Origin: a virus
Lineage: Duplodnaviria > Caudoviricetes
Reading direction: 5' to 3' (one strand)
Virus record (IMG/VR): IMGVR_UViG_3300032300_000824
Span: 32,001-96,000 of that record
Length of the DNA: 64,000 bases
Shown: in pieces, positions 39,914 to 48,588 of the stretch
Layout: every line of letters begins with the position of its first letter
Position numbering within the stretch: the first letter of the stretch is position 1
Notes under the pieces: generated by a model
Database searches by the model: none
Seen by the model: only the letters and a program-made list of their open reading frames with translations
What the model was told of the DNA's origin: nothing
Translations under genes and position numbers: made by a program

Positions 39914-40894
39914 TTAGACATTTTGATCAACAAATCCGAAACAAACCGTACAATAATTTTCACTAACCGTATAGTTGAAAGTGACACTACTCATTGTGCC
40001 ATCAATTCGAATAATGTTGTAACCTTCTTCTCCGATGAATTGTGTGTACTGGAAATCTGGTCCGACACCTACTAGATTTTGATATGTCGTTTCCCCACCC
40101 AATGCCCAAATTGGCGTAAACGGTTTTGGCGCAGAATTTTCATCGAGCACCATTACTGTAACCGGAGTGCCTTGTTGGCCTACGCTAGCAAAAGCAACTA
40201 AGGCATCTGTGACAGGCGAACTAAATACAGCAGTAAATATTCCGGCCTGCGTATTTCCGATTTGATTTCCACTAGTCGGAACACCGTATTCTATTGGGAA
40301 GTTGGTGGCCCCAACGGCTCCGTTAGCGTGTGAAAACATACCACCACCGGTTTGGGTAATACTTACTGTTATATTATTTTGACCAATTCCTGATGCTGTA
40401 GATTCTGTAATAGAATTCATTGTCATCCACTGAAATCCTGAGCTGCCAAAGGAGGGAGGTGTGGGGCTAGGAGTAGGGGTCGGAGTAGGAGTGGAACTTG
40501 GAGATTCGCAAGCCGTACCATCTTGACGAACTTTCTCAGCAGCATATGGAGACGGCCAATCTGCCAACCAAGGCCGGTCAGCATAGCTATATACCCTAGC
40601 AAGTTCTCCGTATGTCGTATTTATATACAACCATACACCCGTTTCATAACGGACAACTTCATCTCCGTAGGTATAGGTCTCACGACCATAAGGAGCATAC
40701 CCGATAGGAGCGAGAATTCTATCACCAACAACCCATCCTGTCATTTTAACGCTAGACGTTGAGTCAGGACAGTTTTCAACAGTTTCAAATACTATGTTGT
40801 TTCCTAAAAATACTTTAGAAACACTTGTGTTTCCTAGTTTAATAGAAGTTATATTAGAGTTACTTAAAAATATATCACTATTTACTGTTGGCAT
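39914..40894 (-). CDS. Putative fibre/receptor-binding or decoration protein
   Basis: N-terminal IKLGNTSVSKVFLGNNIV module of the type seen in phage fibre proteins, a PT linker, and a beta-rich C-terminal domain. Confidence 0.55.
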   Translation of the reverse strand: MPTVNSDIFLSNSNITSIKLGNTSVSKVFLGNNIVFETVENCPDSTSSVKMTGWVVGDRILAPIGYAPYGRETYTYGDEVVRYETGVWLYINTTYGELARVYSYADRPWLADWPSPYAAEKVRQDGTACESPSSTPTPTPTPSPTPPSFGSSGFQWMTMNSITESTASGIGQNNITVSITQTGGGMFSHANGAVGATNFPIEYGVPTSGNQIGNTQAGIFTAVFSSPVTDALVAFASVGQQGTPVTVMVLDENSAPKPFTPIWALGGETTYQNLVGVGPDFQYTQFIGEEGYNIIRIDGTMSSVTFNYTVSENYCTVCFGFVDQNV

Positions 40895-40905
40895 ACAAAT
40901 TATCC

Positions 40906-41166
40906 TTAGCCATTAACTATATATAGGGTATTAGGATCTTTTGTAGCAAGAGCGTCGTAATTACTTTGAGAAATACTAATCATGTTTGTTATACGAACAG
41001 AATTATTAACTAAGTCAGTATTGCTTTGAACCAAACCAGACTGAAGTACAGATACTGGAACCTTTTTTGTTAGAGCAGATCCTGATGGGTCGTCCATGAT
41101 TAGAAATATATCGTCACTAGTTAATCCACTAGCTGCTGGAAATTCATTTATTCTTTTAATACTCAT
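40906..41166 (-). CDS. Small fibre-associated protein
   Basis: KRINEFPAASGLTSDDIFLI and ISQSNYDALATKDPNTLYIV modules are typical of phage fibre proteins. Confidence 0.6.
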   Translation of the reverse strand: MSIKRINEFPAASGLTSDDIFLIMDDPSGSALTKKVPVSVLQSGLVQSNTDLVNNSVRITNMISISQSNYDALATKDPNTLYIVNG

Positions 41167-41390
41167 TATCCACCTACTACTGTTTGATTGCCAACTAATT
41201 CCACAAAAATACCATTATAGAATCGGTATCCATATTTGTCGTCTATAGTTGCAATTGTTGGAACATTTAGTACAGCACTGTCATTAGTTTTATATCTTCC
41301 TGTAACGGTTGTTGATACAACAAGAGTACCGTTTTTTACAGGATTAGCATCTTTAATTTTGGTTATATCTGTGAATGGTCTAGTAGCCAT
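41166..41390 (-). CDS. Small hypothetical (possibly virion) protein
   Basis: GGAG SD. TAATG coupling to the next gene. Confidence 0.6.
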   Translation of the reverse strand: MATRPFTDITKIKDANPVKNGTLVVSTTVTGRYKTNDSAVLNVPTIATIDDKYGYRFYNGIFVELVGNQTVVGG

Positions 41391-41430
41391 AATAAGTCTC
41401 CAATTATAAAAATTGATTATACTATTAGTA

Positions 41431-41438
41431 TTTACACC
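41431..41438 (-). promoter_or_regulatory. GGTGTAAA motif variant
   Basis: Intergenic, 40 nt upstream of the ATG at 41390. Confidence 0.5.
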
Positions 41439-41444
41439 TAGTCG

Positions 41445-41762
41445 TTACTTTTCGATTCTATCTTCCAAAGTTTCCAGGGTTTTAGCCAACATGGCAATTT
41501 GTACCTTTAATTCGTTCATAACGTCAGAATTACGCTGTAAAGCGGCAGCAAAAGCAGCCTGAGTTTCTTTATTAGTATTAAGTCTTTCCATAATATACTG
41601 TTTATCATGGATATAAGGACTTTGGGTTTCTATCATATTTAGTACTTCTGCTTTAGTAGCCATATTACGACCTATGGTTACCCAAAAACCCACCATGGTT
41701 ATAATAATACCAACACATGTTGTTGCTAAGTTTTCCCAGAAATGAATTATTGTTTCGCTCAT
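41445..41762 (-). CDS. TM + coiled-coil protein
   Basis: N-terminal hydrophobic segment and C-terminal heptad repeats. Confidence 0.65.
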   Translation of the reverse strand: MSETIIHFWENLATTCVGIIITMVGFWVTIGRNMATKAEVLNMIETQSPYIHDKQYIMERLNTNKETQAAFAAALQRNSDVMNELKVQIAMLAKTLETLEDRIEK

Positions 41763-41780
41763 AATTATTACCTTTAAATT

Positions 41781-42311
41781 TTAATCCATTCTACAATTAG
41801 CTCCACCGCCAGCTGTTACTCTTATTTTTGGATCTAGTAAGCTATAGGTTATTCCTTCAACGACAGCGGATCTAAAAGTTCCCATCACTGCTGGTATTGC
41901 GGGAGTGCAGCCATCTGGACCTTCTGGTACCGCTGGTACGCATACTACTTCTCGTGCAGGACGATCTTGTGGGGGACTGAATGTGATGGTTGTTCTTGAA
42001 TTTTGTTCACATATATTTCTTACATTTGTAATAGCAGCATCATATCCTGTATTGTATGCAGCTACGTCTGCTTGATCAGCAGTAAAATTTCCATCATTTC
42101 CTCTTACCATTCTAATAGAAAATGTACCTCCACCAGCAGGAATCCTTGTTGTAGTTTGTCTTAATGGTCCGTTGGTGGTTCTACCACATCTATCAACGAA
42201 TGTTTGAGTTTGTGTTACTTTTTGTACTTTAAAAGATACACTGATTGATACAGCAAAAGATTGAATTGTACTACCATTTGGTACTCTACAATTACCGGTT
42301 GGACCACCCAT
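41781..42311 (-). CDS. Hypothetical Gly/Thr/Cys-containing protein
   Basis: ORF with an AAGGA SD. Confidence 0.6.
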   Translation of the reverse strand: MGGPTGNCRVPNGSTIQSFAVSISVSFKVQKVTQTQTFVDRCGRTTNGPLRQTTTRIPAGGGTFSIRMVRGNDGNFTADQADVAAYNTGYDAAITNVRNICEQNSRTTITFSPPQDRPAREVVCVPAVPEGPDGCTPAIPAVMGTFRSAVVEGITYSLLDPKIRVTAGGGANCRMD

Positions 42312-42335
42312 AGTATTATTCCTTTGTATTGTATG

Positions 42336-42770
42336 TTATGGTACAGGGGGGCATGGTGGATTATTGTCGTCATATGGATCTGCTGGTGCAGAACCGCCGC
42401 TGGACATGGATACTGCTCCATTAGTCGAACTTGATAAACTAGTTAAAGTAGCTCCTGTTGCTCTTGATGATACTGGTCCAGTATCATCGGGTATCAGAAA
42501 CTGCATAATAGAAACTATATCAGACTGTATTTGTTGATTGTCTAGATTAAAAGAGTATTCAGTAATATCATATATTACATCACTATCTACTAATCCGTGA
42601 TTACTATAATAAATATTATTTTCTAAAACTGGAATAGTTCTTTGGTTTCTAAAATTATTATTAGAAAATATTTTACCGTTATAAACAAATGTTGGCTTAG
42701 TTAATTTAACTATAGACCCAAATTTTTTTTTGCTAAAATCTGAACCGGATGATATGTTGATATTAGACAT
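42336..42770 (-). CDS. Hypothetical protein
   Basis: GAGGA SD. Low-complexity C-terminus. Confidence 0.6.
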   Translation of the reverse strand: MSNINISSGSDFSKKKFGSIVKLTKPTFVYNGKIFSNNNFRNQRTIPVLENNIYYSNHGLVDSDVIYDITEYSFNLDNQQIQSDIVSIMQFLIPDDTGPVSSRATGATLTSLSSSTNGAVSMSSGGSAPADPYDDNNPPCPPVP

Positions 42771-42981
42771 ATTTAATCCTCACTGCCAGTGGTGGGATTT
42801 TGGACCCTATACAAAAATTAATCTTGGTATTTCTAGCATCTATATCTTCTTCATTGAACTGATGATAAATAAAAGATTTACTAACTACAAAGTCCGACAC
42901 CGTAGCATCGGACTTGTAGATAGCATCTTTGTCTTTGTAAATACCACTTGGAATTTTTACCAAATAGTTATTACGATACAT
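42763..42981 (-). CDS. Hypothetical protein
   Basis: Fills the gap and is coupled to the downstream gene. Confidence 0.5.
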   Translation of the reverse strand: MYRNNYLVKIPSGIYKDKDAIYKSDATVSDFVVSKSFIYHQFNEEDIDARNTKINFCIGSKIPPLAVRIKYV

Positions 42982-42986
42982 TTTGA

Positions 42987-43556
42987 TTAACCGTTCTTTG
43001 CTTTGTAGTTTACGGTAACGGCATTTCTAGAAGAACCCTTGAATGTAAGTCTGCCAGGAACTGCTCTTGTTGGAGTAGCTGCTTTATCTTTATAGACATT
43101 ACTAGAATCAACAAGAACACCAGCTGTACCAGTTGTTCCTCTGTCATTTGTAACTACAGGATAACCAGCATCCCACTGACCAGTATAGAAATTGAACTTG
43201 CCAGCTCTAATAGCTGTTAATTCTCTTCTTGTAAGAACTGATTCTAGTTTATGGATGCCACGAATCTGAGAAGGAACAAGTGCTCCAGATCGTAAGGCTG
43301 TATTTGAACGTCCACCAATAGTTGATGAAACCTTCATGCCCACAGGCTGTCTGGTGTTATAAGCGATCAAAGCGGCCGAAACTGCTTTGGCTACGTCTGT
43401 TCCGACTAATACTCTAGATCCAGAAAAGCCTAGAGTTGAACCTCCAATACTGACACCATCTACAAGAGTAGTATTTTTAGCTCTAAGTACAGCGCCGCCT
43501 CTATTTTTTGTACTTGTTGCTGTTACTGAAGAACCGCCCTGTTGAATTGTGGCCAT
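42987..43556 (-). CDS. Basic Gly/Thr/Ala-rich putative virion protein
   Basis: GGGAG SD before MATIQ at 43556. Composition resembles small structural proteins. Confidence 0.55.
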   Translation of the reverse strand: MATIQQGGSSVTATSTKNRGGAVLRAKNTTLVDGVSIGGSTLGFSGSRVLVGTDVAKAVSAALIAYNTRQPVGMKVSSTIGGRSNTALRSGALVPSQIRGIHKLESVLTRRELTAIRAGKFNFYTGQWDAGYPVVTNDRGTTGTAGVLVDSSNVYKDKAATPTRAVPGRLTFKGSSRNAVTVNYKAKNG

Positions 43557-43605
43557 TTTATAATCTCCCATGGTAAGAAAATTGAAAGTGAATATTCACT
43601 AATTC

Positions 43606-43613
43606 TATACCCC
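43606..43613 (-). promoter_or_regulatory. GGGGTATA motif variant
   Basis: Intergenic, 49 nt upstream of the ATG at 43556. Confidence 0.45.
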
Positions 43614-43621
43614 GGACATTA

Positions 43622-44278
43622 TTATTTTGCTATATTTTTAGTAAATAGCTCTAAACCATTGAGAGAATTTAATCTTAGACTATCTAAATTAGCTTTTTTA
43701 ATAGAAGAAATTTGATTATTATTCCAAATATTACCATTACAAATAATATTAAGGTTTTGAACCTTCTTCTTGATCATCACAGAAGCTAAGATGTTGTCAT
43801 TAATGTCGTCTAAAAAATATCCTGTAGAAGGAAATACGTTTTTAATTCCGTGTCCTATTAATATTTGACTGATTTTATACAATAAATCATAGCTAAATAT
43901 TCTATATTCTAGAAAATATCTTATTTCAACATCGGGATAGGAAGAGATAAACTCTGATATTGTCTTAATATCTTCTCTGAATTTATCATATTTTCTGTTA
44001 GCTAGTGGACTTGGAGGAGCCACAATATCTATAATTTTAGCTCCATTCTTAATACAATATTCTACTGAGCTTATTCTAGTTTTTAGGTCAGATGTTCCAA
44101 GAGGATAATCTACTGCGGCAGAAATTTTAATATTATCGGGTATACAGGACTTGGCAGTTTTTAGATAGATAGGAAGTACTGATAAAATGTCTATAGGATA
44201 TCTAATCGCTTGATTAATATTTTCTTTAAGTTCATTTTCATTTAGAGAAGTATCATATATTGAATATTCTAATTTCAT
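43622..44278 (-). CDS. DeoC (deoxyribose-phosphate aldolase)-like protein lacking catalytic lysines
   Basis: DYPLG, GAKIIDIV and STGYF are retained. GIKNVFPSTG replaces GADFVKTSTG, and IICNGN replaces VKASGG. Confidence 0.8.
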   Translation of the reverse strand: MKLEYSIYDTSLNENELKENINQAIRYPIDILSVLPIYLKTAKSCIPDNIKISAAVDYPLGTSDLKTRISSVEYCIKNGAKIIDIVAPPSPLANRKYDKFREDIKTISEFISSYPDVEIRYFLEYRIFSYDLLYKISQILIGHGIKNVFPSTGYFLDDINDNILASVMIKKKVQNLNIICNGNIWNNNQISSIKKANLDSLRLNSLNGLELFTKNIAK

Positions 44279-44940
44279 TTTCTTTTATTTATTTTTAGGC
44301 TATCTATGGTTGGATATTGTTTTGAACCCAAGATTCCATCAGCAAATCCGTAATATACAGTTTCTTCTGCTGTTAAAATCCAATCACATTTATTAGCCAA
44401 CTGGGAAACAATGTGTTTTTTTGCCATCATTTTTTTCCAGTTTTTTTCTTTTGCAATGACACTAGTTTCCATACACCGGTCGGTGAATATGTCTACCATC
44501 TTGTCTGTCTCTCTATCGTTCCATGCTATGCTACTTGATGCTGCTTTTGTATGCTCCTCATTGATACTAATAGACCCATAATGAATGAGCATATTTGTGT
44601 TCGGCATTAATACTCTTACCGGGGCTGCTTGCAATAGTACACTACTGCATGATTCTACTTTTGCATATGCTAAGATTATTATTTTTGATTTAGAATAGCT
44701 AATAGCATCATACATACCCAAACCATCTTGCCAGTCTCCTCCTGGAAGATGCATATGTACTAAAATAGGATCGTTAGATATCTGATTAAGAAATCTTAGA
44801 TTTTTTTCAAATACAACCGAACACTTATAATCTATCTGTTCTTCTGCACTATCTGACAAATAAGAATGTAGAAAAATTTCTCTGTTTTTTATATCAATAT
44901 TAAATGTGTGTATTTGATCTATGTTTATATTATCAATCAT
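44275..44940 (-). CDS. clpP: ClpP-like (S14) protease
   Basis: REIFL, LPGG...G.gMYD, catalytic Ser (ESCS), His (LIHYG), Asp (CDWIL), and YGFADGI. Confidence 0.85.
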   Translation of the reverse strand: MIDNINIDQIHTFNIDIKNREIFLHSYLSDSAEEQIDYKCSVVFEKNLRFLNQISNDPILVHMHLPGGDWQDGLGMYDAISYSKSKIIILAYAKVESCSSVLLQAAPVRVLMPNTNMLIHYGSISINEEHTKAASSSIAWNDRETDKMVDIFTDRCMETSVIAKEKNWKKMMAKKHIVSQLANKCDWILTAEETVYYGFADGILGSKQYPTIDSLKINKRK

Positions 44941-45331
44941 AGTATTTGTCTATATATTCATATACGTTGTCGTTTATTTTTTTCATAACATCTCTGTCTG
45001 TAAAGATTTTACCTATTCCAACTCTGAATCTATATCTTGTAATAATGTCTAAAACTTCTACTCCGTCTGATTGCTCAATAATAGAAGCTATATCCTTAGT
45101 TATGCTAAAGTTACTATGCCCTATCCAAAAATTAAAAATTTCACTTGTTGATAAAGAATCCATTGGCATCAAGCCAATTGGAGTAATTATCGCTTTCATT
45201 GGCATCATATGGTTTGGGGGTAATATTTGATCGTCATCCATTTCAATAGCTTCTAGCTCTTCTTCTGTAGAGCTTTCTTCACAAAATGGATCGACCCATT
45301 TTTCCCAGACTATAAGATTATTTTTTGACAT
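44933..45331 (-). CDS. Hypothetical protein
   Basis: GAGGGA SD before MSKNN. Contains the motifs FWIGHSNF and TRYRFRVGIG. Confidence 0.7.
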   Translation of the reverse strand: MSKNNLIVWEKWVDPFCEESSTEEELEAIEMDDDQILPPNHMMPMKAIITPIGLMPMDSLSTSEIFNFWIGHSNFSITKDIASIIEQSDGVEVLDIITRYRFRVGIGKIFTDRDVMKKINDNVYEYIDKYYD

Positions 45332-45377
45332 AAGATCCCTCATGAGATATAATAGAGATCAGAATATACTACTTAAA

Positions 45378-45385
45378 GGTACACC
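45378..45385 (-). promoter_or_regulatory. GGTGTACC motif variant
   Basis: Intergenic, 46 nt upstream of the ATG at 45331. Confidence 0.4.
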
Positions 45386-45394
45386 GTGCTATTA

Positions 45395-45820
45395 CTACCT
45401 CTTAAACACTTTACTAGGTCGAACTAGAGGATGATTATAGCTTTTAACTGCATTTTTGTAGTTTTCAACGTGAAAAACAGACCAAAAAGAGATAATATTG
45501 TTAATCAATAAGACTGTTTTATCATCATTTTTATCTGAGTCTTTCATCAAAATATCTGCAATTTTTTGACCATAAAAACCGTCCATGATATTACTTAGTA
45601 GCTTGGCGTAGTTTTCGGCACAACTCATTAACTCATCATTTGTAAAATCTTTAATGTCGGGTAAAAAACATTTTATACGAATATCTTTATCATCAATAAT
45701 ATCAAAAGTAATTGATCCAGTAATGTTTTCTTTTTCCTCTTTTTTATCTGTAGATTTTATTAAGCAATTTTTGATACGTGTAAATATGTTTAATTTCATT
45801 AATGTCGAGAAAAATTCCAT
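45395..45820 (-). CDS. Hypothetical protein
   Basis: ORF in operon. Exact start uncertain. Confidence 0.55.
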   Translation of the reverse strand: MEFFSTLMKLNIFTRIKNCLIKSTDKKEEKENITGSITFDIIDDKDIRIKCFLPDIKDFTNDELMSCAENYAKLLSNIMDGFYGQKIADILMKDSDKNDDKTVLLINNIISFWSVFHVENYKNAVKSYNHPLVRPSKVFKR

Positions 45821-46100
45821 TTTTTGTTTCTAGTCCAGGTGGAAGAAAAGTATAATAATAGATATTGAGAATTTCGTCACCCAAAAAAACATCGTACAAA
45901 ATATTGGAAAATGTAAAAGTTGTTTCGCCCAAGTAATACTCTATTATAGATTTCAAAACATTGTCCATAGATCCAAAATTTTTTTGCAGTTCTAATGAGG
46001 GTATTGTTGGAGTATCACTAAATGTAGATAAAAACGAATACGACGGAACATTATCTTCTAGCGTTGGAATTAGCATTAGCAGAAATACATTAGCTTGCAT
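45744..46100 (-). CDS. Hypothetical protein
   Basis: Coupled to the sigma factor gene. Confidence 0.5.
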   Translation of the reverse strand: MQANVFLLMLIPTLEDNVPSYSFLSTFSDTPTIPSLELQKNFGSMDNVLKSIIEYYLGETTFTFSNILYDVFLGDEILNIYYYTFLPPGLETKNGIFLDINEIKHIYTYQKLLNKIYR

Positions 46101-46677
46101 TTAATAAATCTCCAATAGACTTTAAACCCTTTTTAATATTCTGTCTCACGGCCTCTCTGGTAGTTCCATACTTAGACCCTATCTCAGATAGCGTTTGGTT
46201 ATGAAAGTAATAGAGACGAATCTGTTCCTTTTGCTTATCTGTTAGAATATTACTAGTAAATAGTTCATTCACTAATTTTTGTCTATTGGATTCATATTCC
46301 ATAGTCATTACTATATCAGATGGATCAGTCATATGTTTATCTTCAATCTGATCATCAAATCCTATATCGTCATTAGACTTAGTTCTGTTGATTGAAACAG
46401 ATTTATTAGTCTTGTATTTATTTGTGATATAAGTTTTAAGAGCCCAAATAACACACTGATTTCTATAAGAATAGAGCGTTTTCTTTTTCCCAGTGTCTTT
46501 TCCAACTCTGTTTTCGTCCCATTTCCAATCAGCAGTAATTATAGAATTAACAATTTCCCCAAAAGCTTCTTCATTATTAATAATTTCCATAGCTAAAGCT
46601 GGGTAAAACTTGGGAGCTAACTTCCTAACAGCTTTCTGTGCAATAGTTCTGTACGTGGTCAGGCTTTCATATTCCAT
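46090..46677 (-). CDS. Phage sigma70-family RNA polymerase sigma factor
   Basis: Region 2-like ADWKWD...TLYSY...WALKTY and region 4 HTH LTDKQK...TLSEIG...TREAVRQ. Confidence 0.85.
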   Translation of the reverse strand: MEYESLTTYRTIAQKAVRKLAPKFYPALAMEIINNEEAFGEIVNSIITADWKWDENRVGKDTGKKKTLYSYRNQCVIWALKTYITNKYKTNKSVSINRTKSNDDIGFDDQIEDKHMTDPSDIVMTMEYESNRQKLVNELFTSNILTDKQKEQIRLYYFHNQTLSEIGSKYGTTREAVRQNIKKGLKSIGDLLNAS

Positions 46678-46739
46678 ATTGGTTCCTAGTAGTTTCCTTA
46701 AGAGTAAAATTTTATCCTAATCGTCAATCATCTAACCAT

Positions 46740-47492
46740 TTACTTGGTTAGTTTTTTCCATTGATCTGAATCTGGTCTATCTTTATCTCCCGGCTTAGCA
46801 GGTCTATATTTCTTTCCTTCTCTTTCTTTTTTCTTTCTAATATTATCCCATAGTCCAGGTCTTTTGGCTGTTTGTGCCTCAACAGGGTCAGATTCATCAT
46901 TTGTCATCGACATAACCATCGAAGGGTCATTAGAATTTTCTACAGGCTCGTTCTCACTTTCTGAGAACATGACAAAATCGTGAATGTCACCCATCTGATC
47001 TTGCATAACTGCAATTTTAGCAAGAACCCACGCTTCTGTCAAGTTTTCTACTACTTTAGGATCATCAACAGAGTTGTAAAGATGTTTAGCATGTATGGCC
47101 ATCGATTTGAGAGCTGTTAAAGCCATACCTAAGAATTCATTAATATTTTTTCCGACTGGCTTCATATCTTCTGCCATAAGAGGTAAATTATTATATTCAG
47201 TATTCCTAGAGTCGTCATTAGAAAAGTCTGTAGATACAGAAAGATACTTAGCGTTCTTTTTAATTGACTGTCCTACAGACCAGTTTTCTCCACCATTGGT
47301 AGCTTTGTATGAGACAACTCTTCCCATAGGTTCTGGAAAAGTATCTATTCCTTCTACTTTTCCTATACTACCATAATAGGCACACGAAGCATCCATATTT
47401 TTAACCATATTGCCAAGACTTATCTCTGAAATTTCTTGACTACGAGATAATTCTTGTTCAACGCCTTGTAGCAAGTTTTTAAATCTGTCCAT
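46740..47492 (-). CDS. Multi-module hypothetical (possibly head-associated) protein
   Basis: Acidic body and a basic C-terminal PGLWDNIRKKK module recalled from phage proteins. Confidence 0.6.
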   Translation of the reverse strand: MDRFKNLLQGVEQELSRSQEISEISLGNMVKNMDASCAYYGSIGKVEGIDTFPEPMGRVVSYKATNGGENWSVGQSIKKNAKYLSVSTDFSNDDSRNTEYNNLPLMAEDMKPVGKNINEFLGMALTALKSMAIHAKHLYNSVDDPKVVENLTEAWVLAKIAVMQDQMGDIHDFVMFSESENEPVENSNDPSMVMSMTNDESDPVEAQTAKRPGLWDNIRKKKEREGKKYRPAKPGDKDRPDSDQWKKLTK

Positions 47493-47509
47493 TTTATTCA
47501 CCTTTTAAT

Positions 47510-48109
47510 TTAAGCTTGTAGTGTTAGGAAGTTATCAATACCCATCTGTTCAATAAGTTTAAGATATCCCTCGTATAGTTTGATACCGTTTTCACTACCT
47601 TGTAGTAGTGGAATCATTATATTTGCTGTCATCTCATCTCCTATTGTTCTTGCGGCAACAATTGTAGCTCTTTCTGCAACAGCTGCTTCTTTTACTGATG
47701 CTAAATTATATTTAATCATTGCTAACATATCATGCCTAGCCCAAGCTGGGGGAGCAACTACTAATGGTTGATAGTCTGCATCAAAAAATTCTAATCTTTC
47801 TATATTAATTACAGAGTGATTATGTTCTTCTTCTGCATCAACTTTGATAACTGCTGCAAGTTTTTTATATCCCCATCTTTCAAGATGTACTGCTTGTGCA
47901 GATAGGGAGGTCGTTTGTTGCCAGTGTATATTTAAAGACTTCTTTAAAAGTTCTATTACAGTATCAGATGTGTAGCTATCCTGGGTCTGGGCTTCCGAAA
48001 CTGGACTTTCTTCTATCTTCACTTCTGTCTCAACCTGTTCTGTGTTTTCTATTTCCATATCTGCTATGTTGTGCTGTTCAGATAATAATTCATCAATAGG
48101 TTTTTCCAT
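47510..48109 (-). CDS. Bacterioferritin-like protein with degenerate ferroxidase centre
   Basis: Colinear with Bfr (WGYKKL, IERL.F, LIEQMGIDNFL..Q). Likely start MEKP at 48109, giving an acidic N-terminal extension. Confidence 0.85.
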   Translation of the reverse strand: MEKPIDELLSEQHNIADMEIENTEQVETEVKIEESPVSEAQTQDSYTSDTVIELLKKSLNIHWQQTTSLSAQAVHLERWGYKKLAAVIKVDAEEEHNHSVINIERLEFFDADYQPLVVAPPAWARHDMLAMIKYNLASVKEAAVAERATIVAARTIGDEMTANIMIPLLQGSENGIKLYEGYLKLIEQMGIDNFLTLQA

Positions 48110-48134
48110 AAAATCTTTCTTTATAAGTATTAGA

Positions 48135-48566
48135 CTACCAGCTCTTACATGCCCAATAACGAGCTTTCCATTTTGGTCCTGGATTATCACATCTCATTCT
48201 TGCTCTAAAACTTTTTCTTCTTGCAGGAATATCTTTCTTGATTTCCATATTTGGGTCGCCAAAATTTACTTTAACAACATTACCTTTTTCGTTCTTGACA
48301 TAAACACTAAATTTTTTCGGACCATCTGGAGTTCTAAAATATTTATTAAGAGTTACTTTTTTCCCTTGGTATTCTGATGCTACTATATGTGAAATATCGT
48401 AATCTTCAGTTGCTTCTCCAGCATCTACATAATCTTCTTCTTTGGGAATAACTAAGTTTGATACTGTTAATTCCTCGGAATTTCCACATTCTTGACAGTC
48501 AAGATCTAGAGCAGCTATTACTTGATCAATTAAACTAGGTTTTGATTTTTTGTCTGAATTTTGCAT
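48135..48566 (-). CDS. Phage protein with VNFGDP...RRKSFRAR..C...ARYW.C..W domain
   Basis: Motif recalled from many phage proteins (DUF6321/DUF5754-like). GGAG SD. Confidence 0.7.
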   Translation of the reverse strand: MQNSDKKSKPSLIDQVIAALDLDCQECGNSEELTVSNLVIPKEEDYVDAGEATEDYDISHIVASEYQGKKVTLNKYFRTPDGPKKFSVYVKNEKGNVVKVNFGDPNMEIKKDIPARRKSFRARMRCDNPGPKWKARYWACKSW

Positions 48567-48588
48567 ATAGTATCTCCTTGTAACTTAA

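Noticed and set aside
46699-46727. sigma70 promoter upstream of the sigma factor gene (TTGACG at 46727-46722)
   Set aside because: No acceptable -10 hexamer at 16-18 nt spacing.
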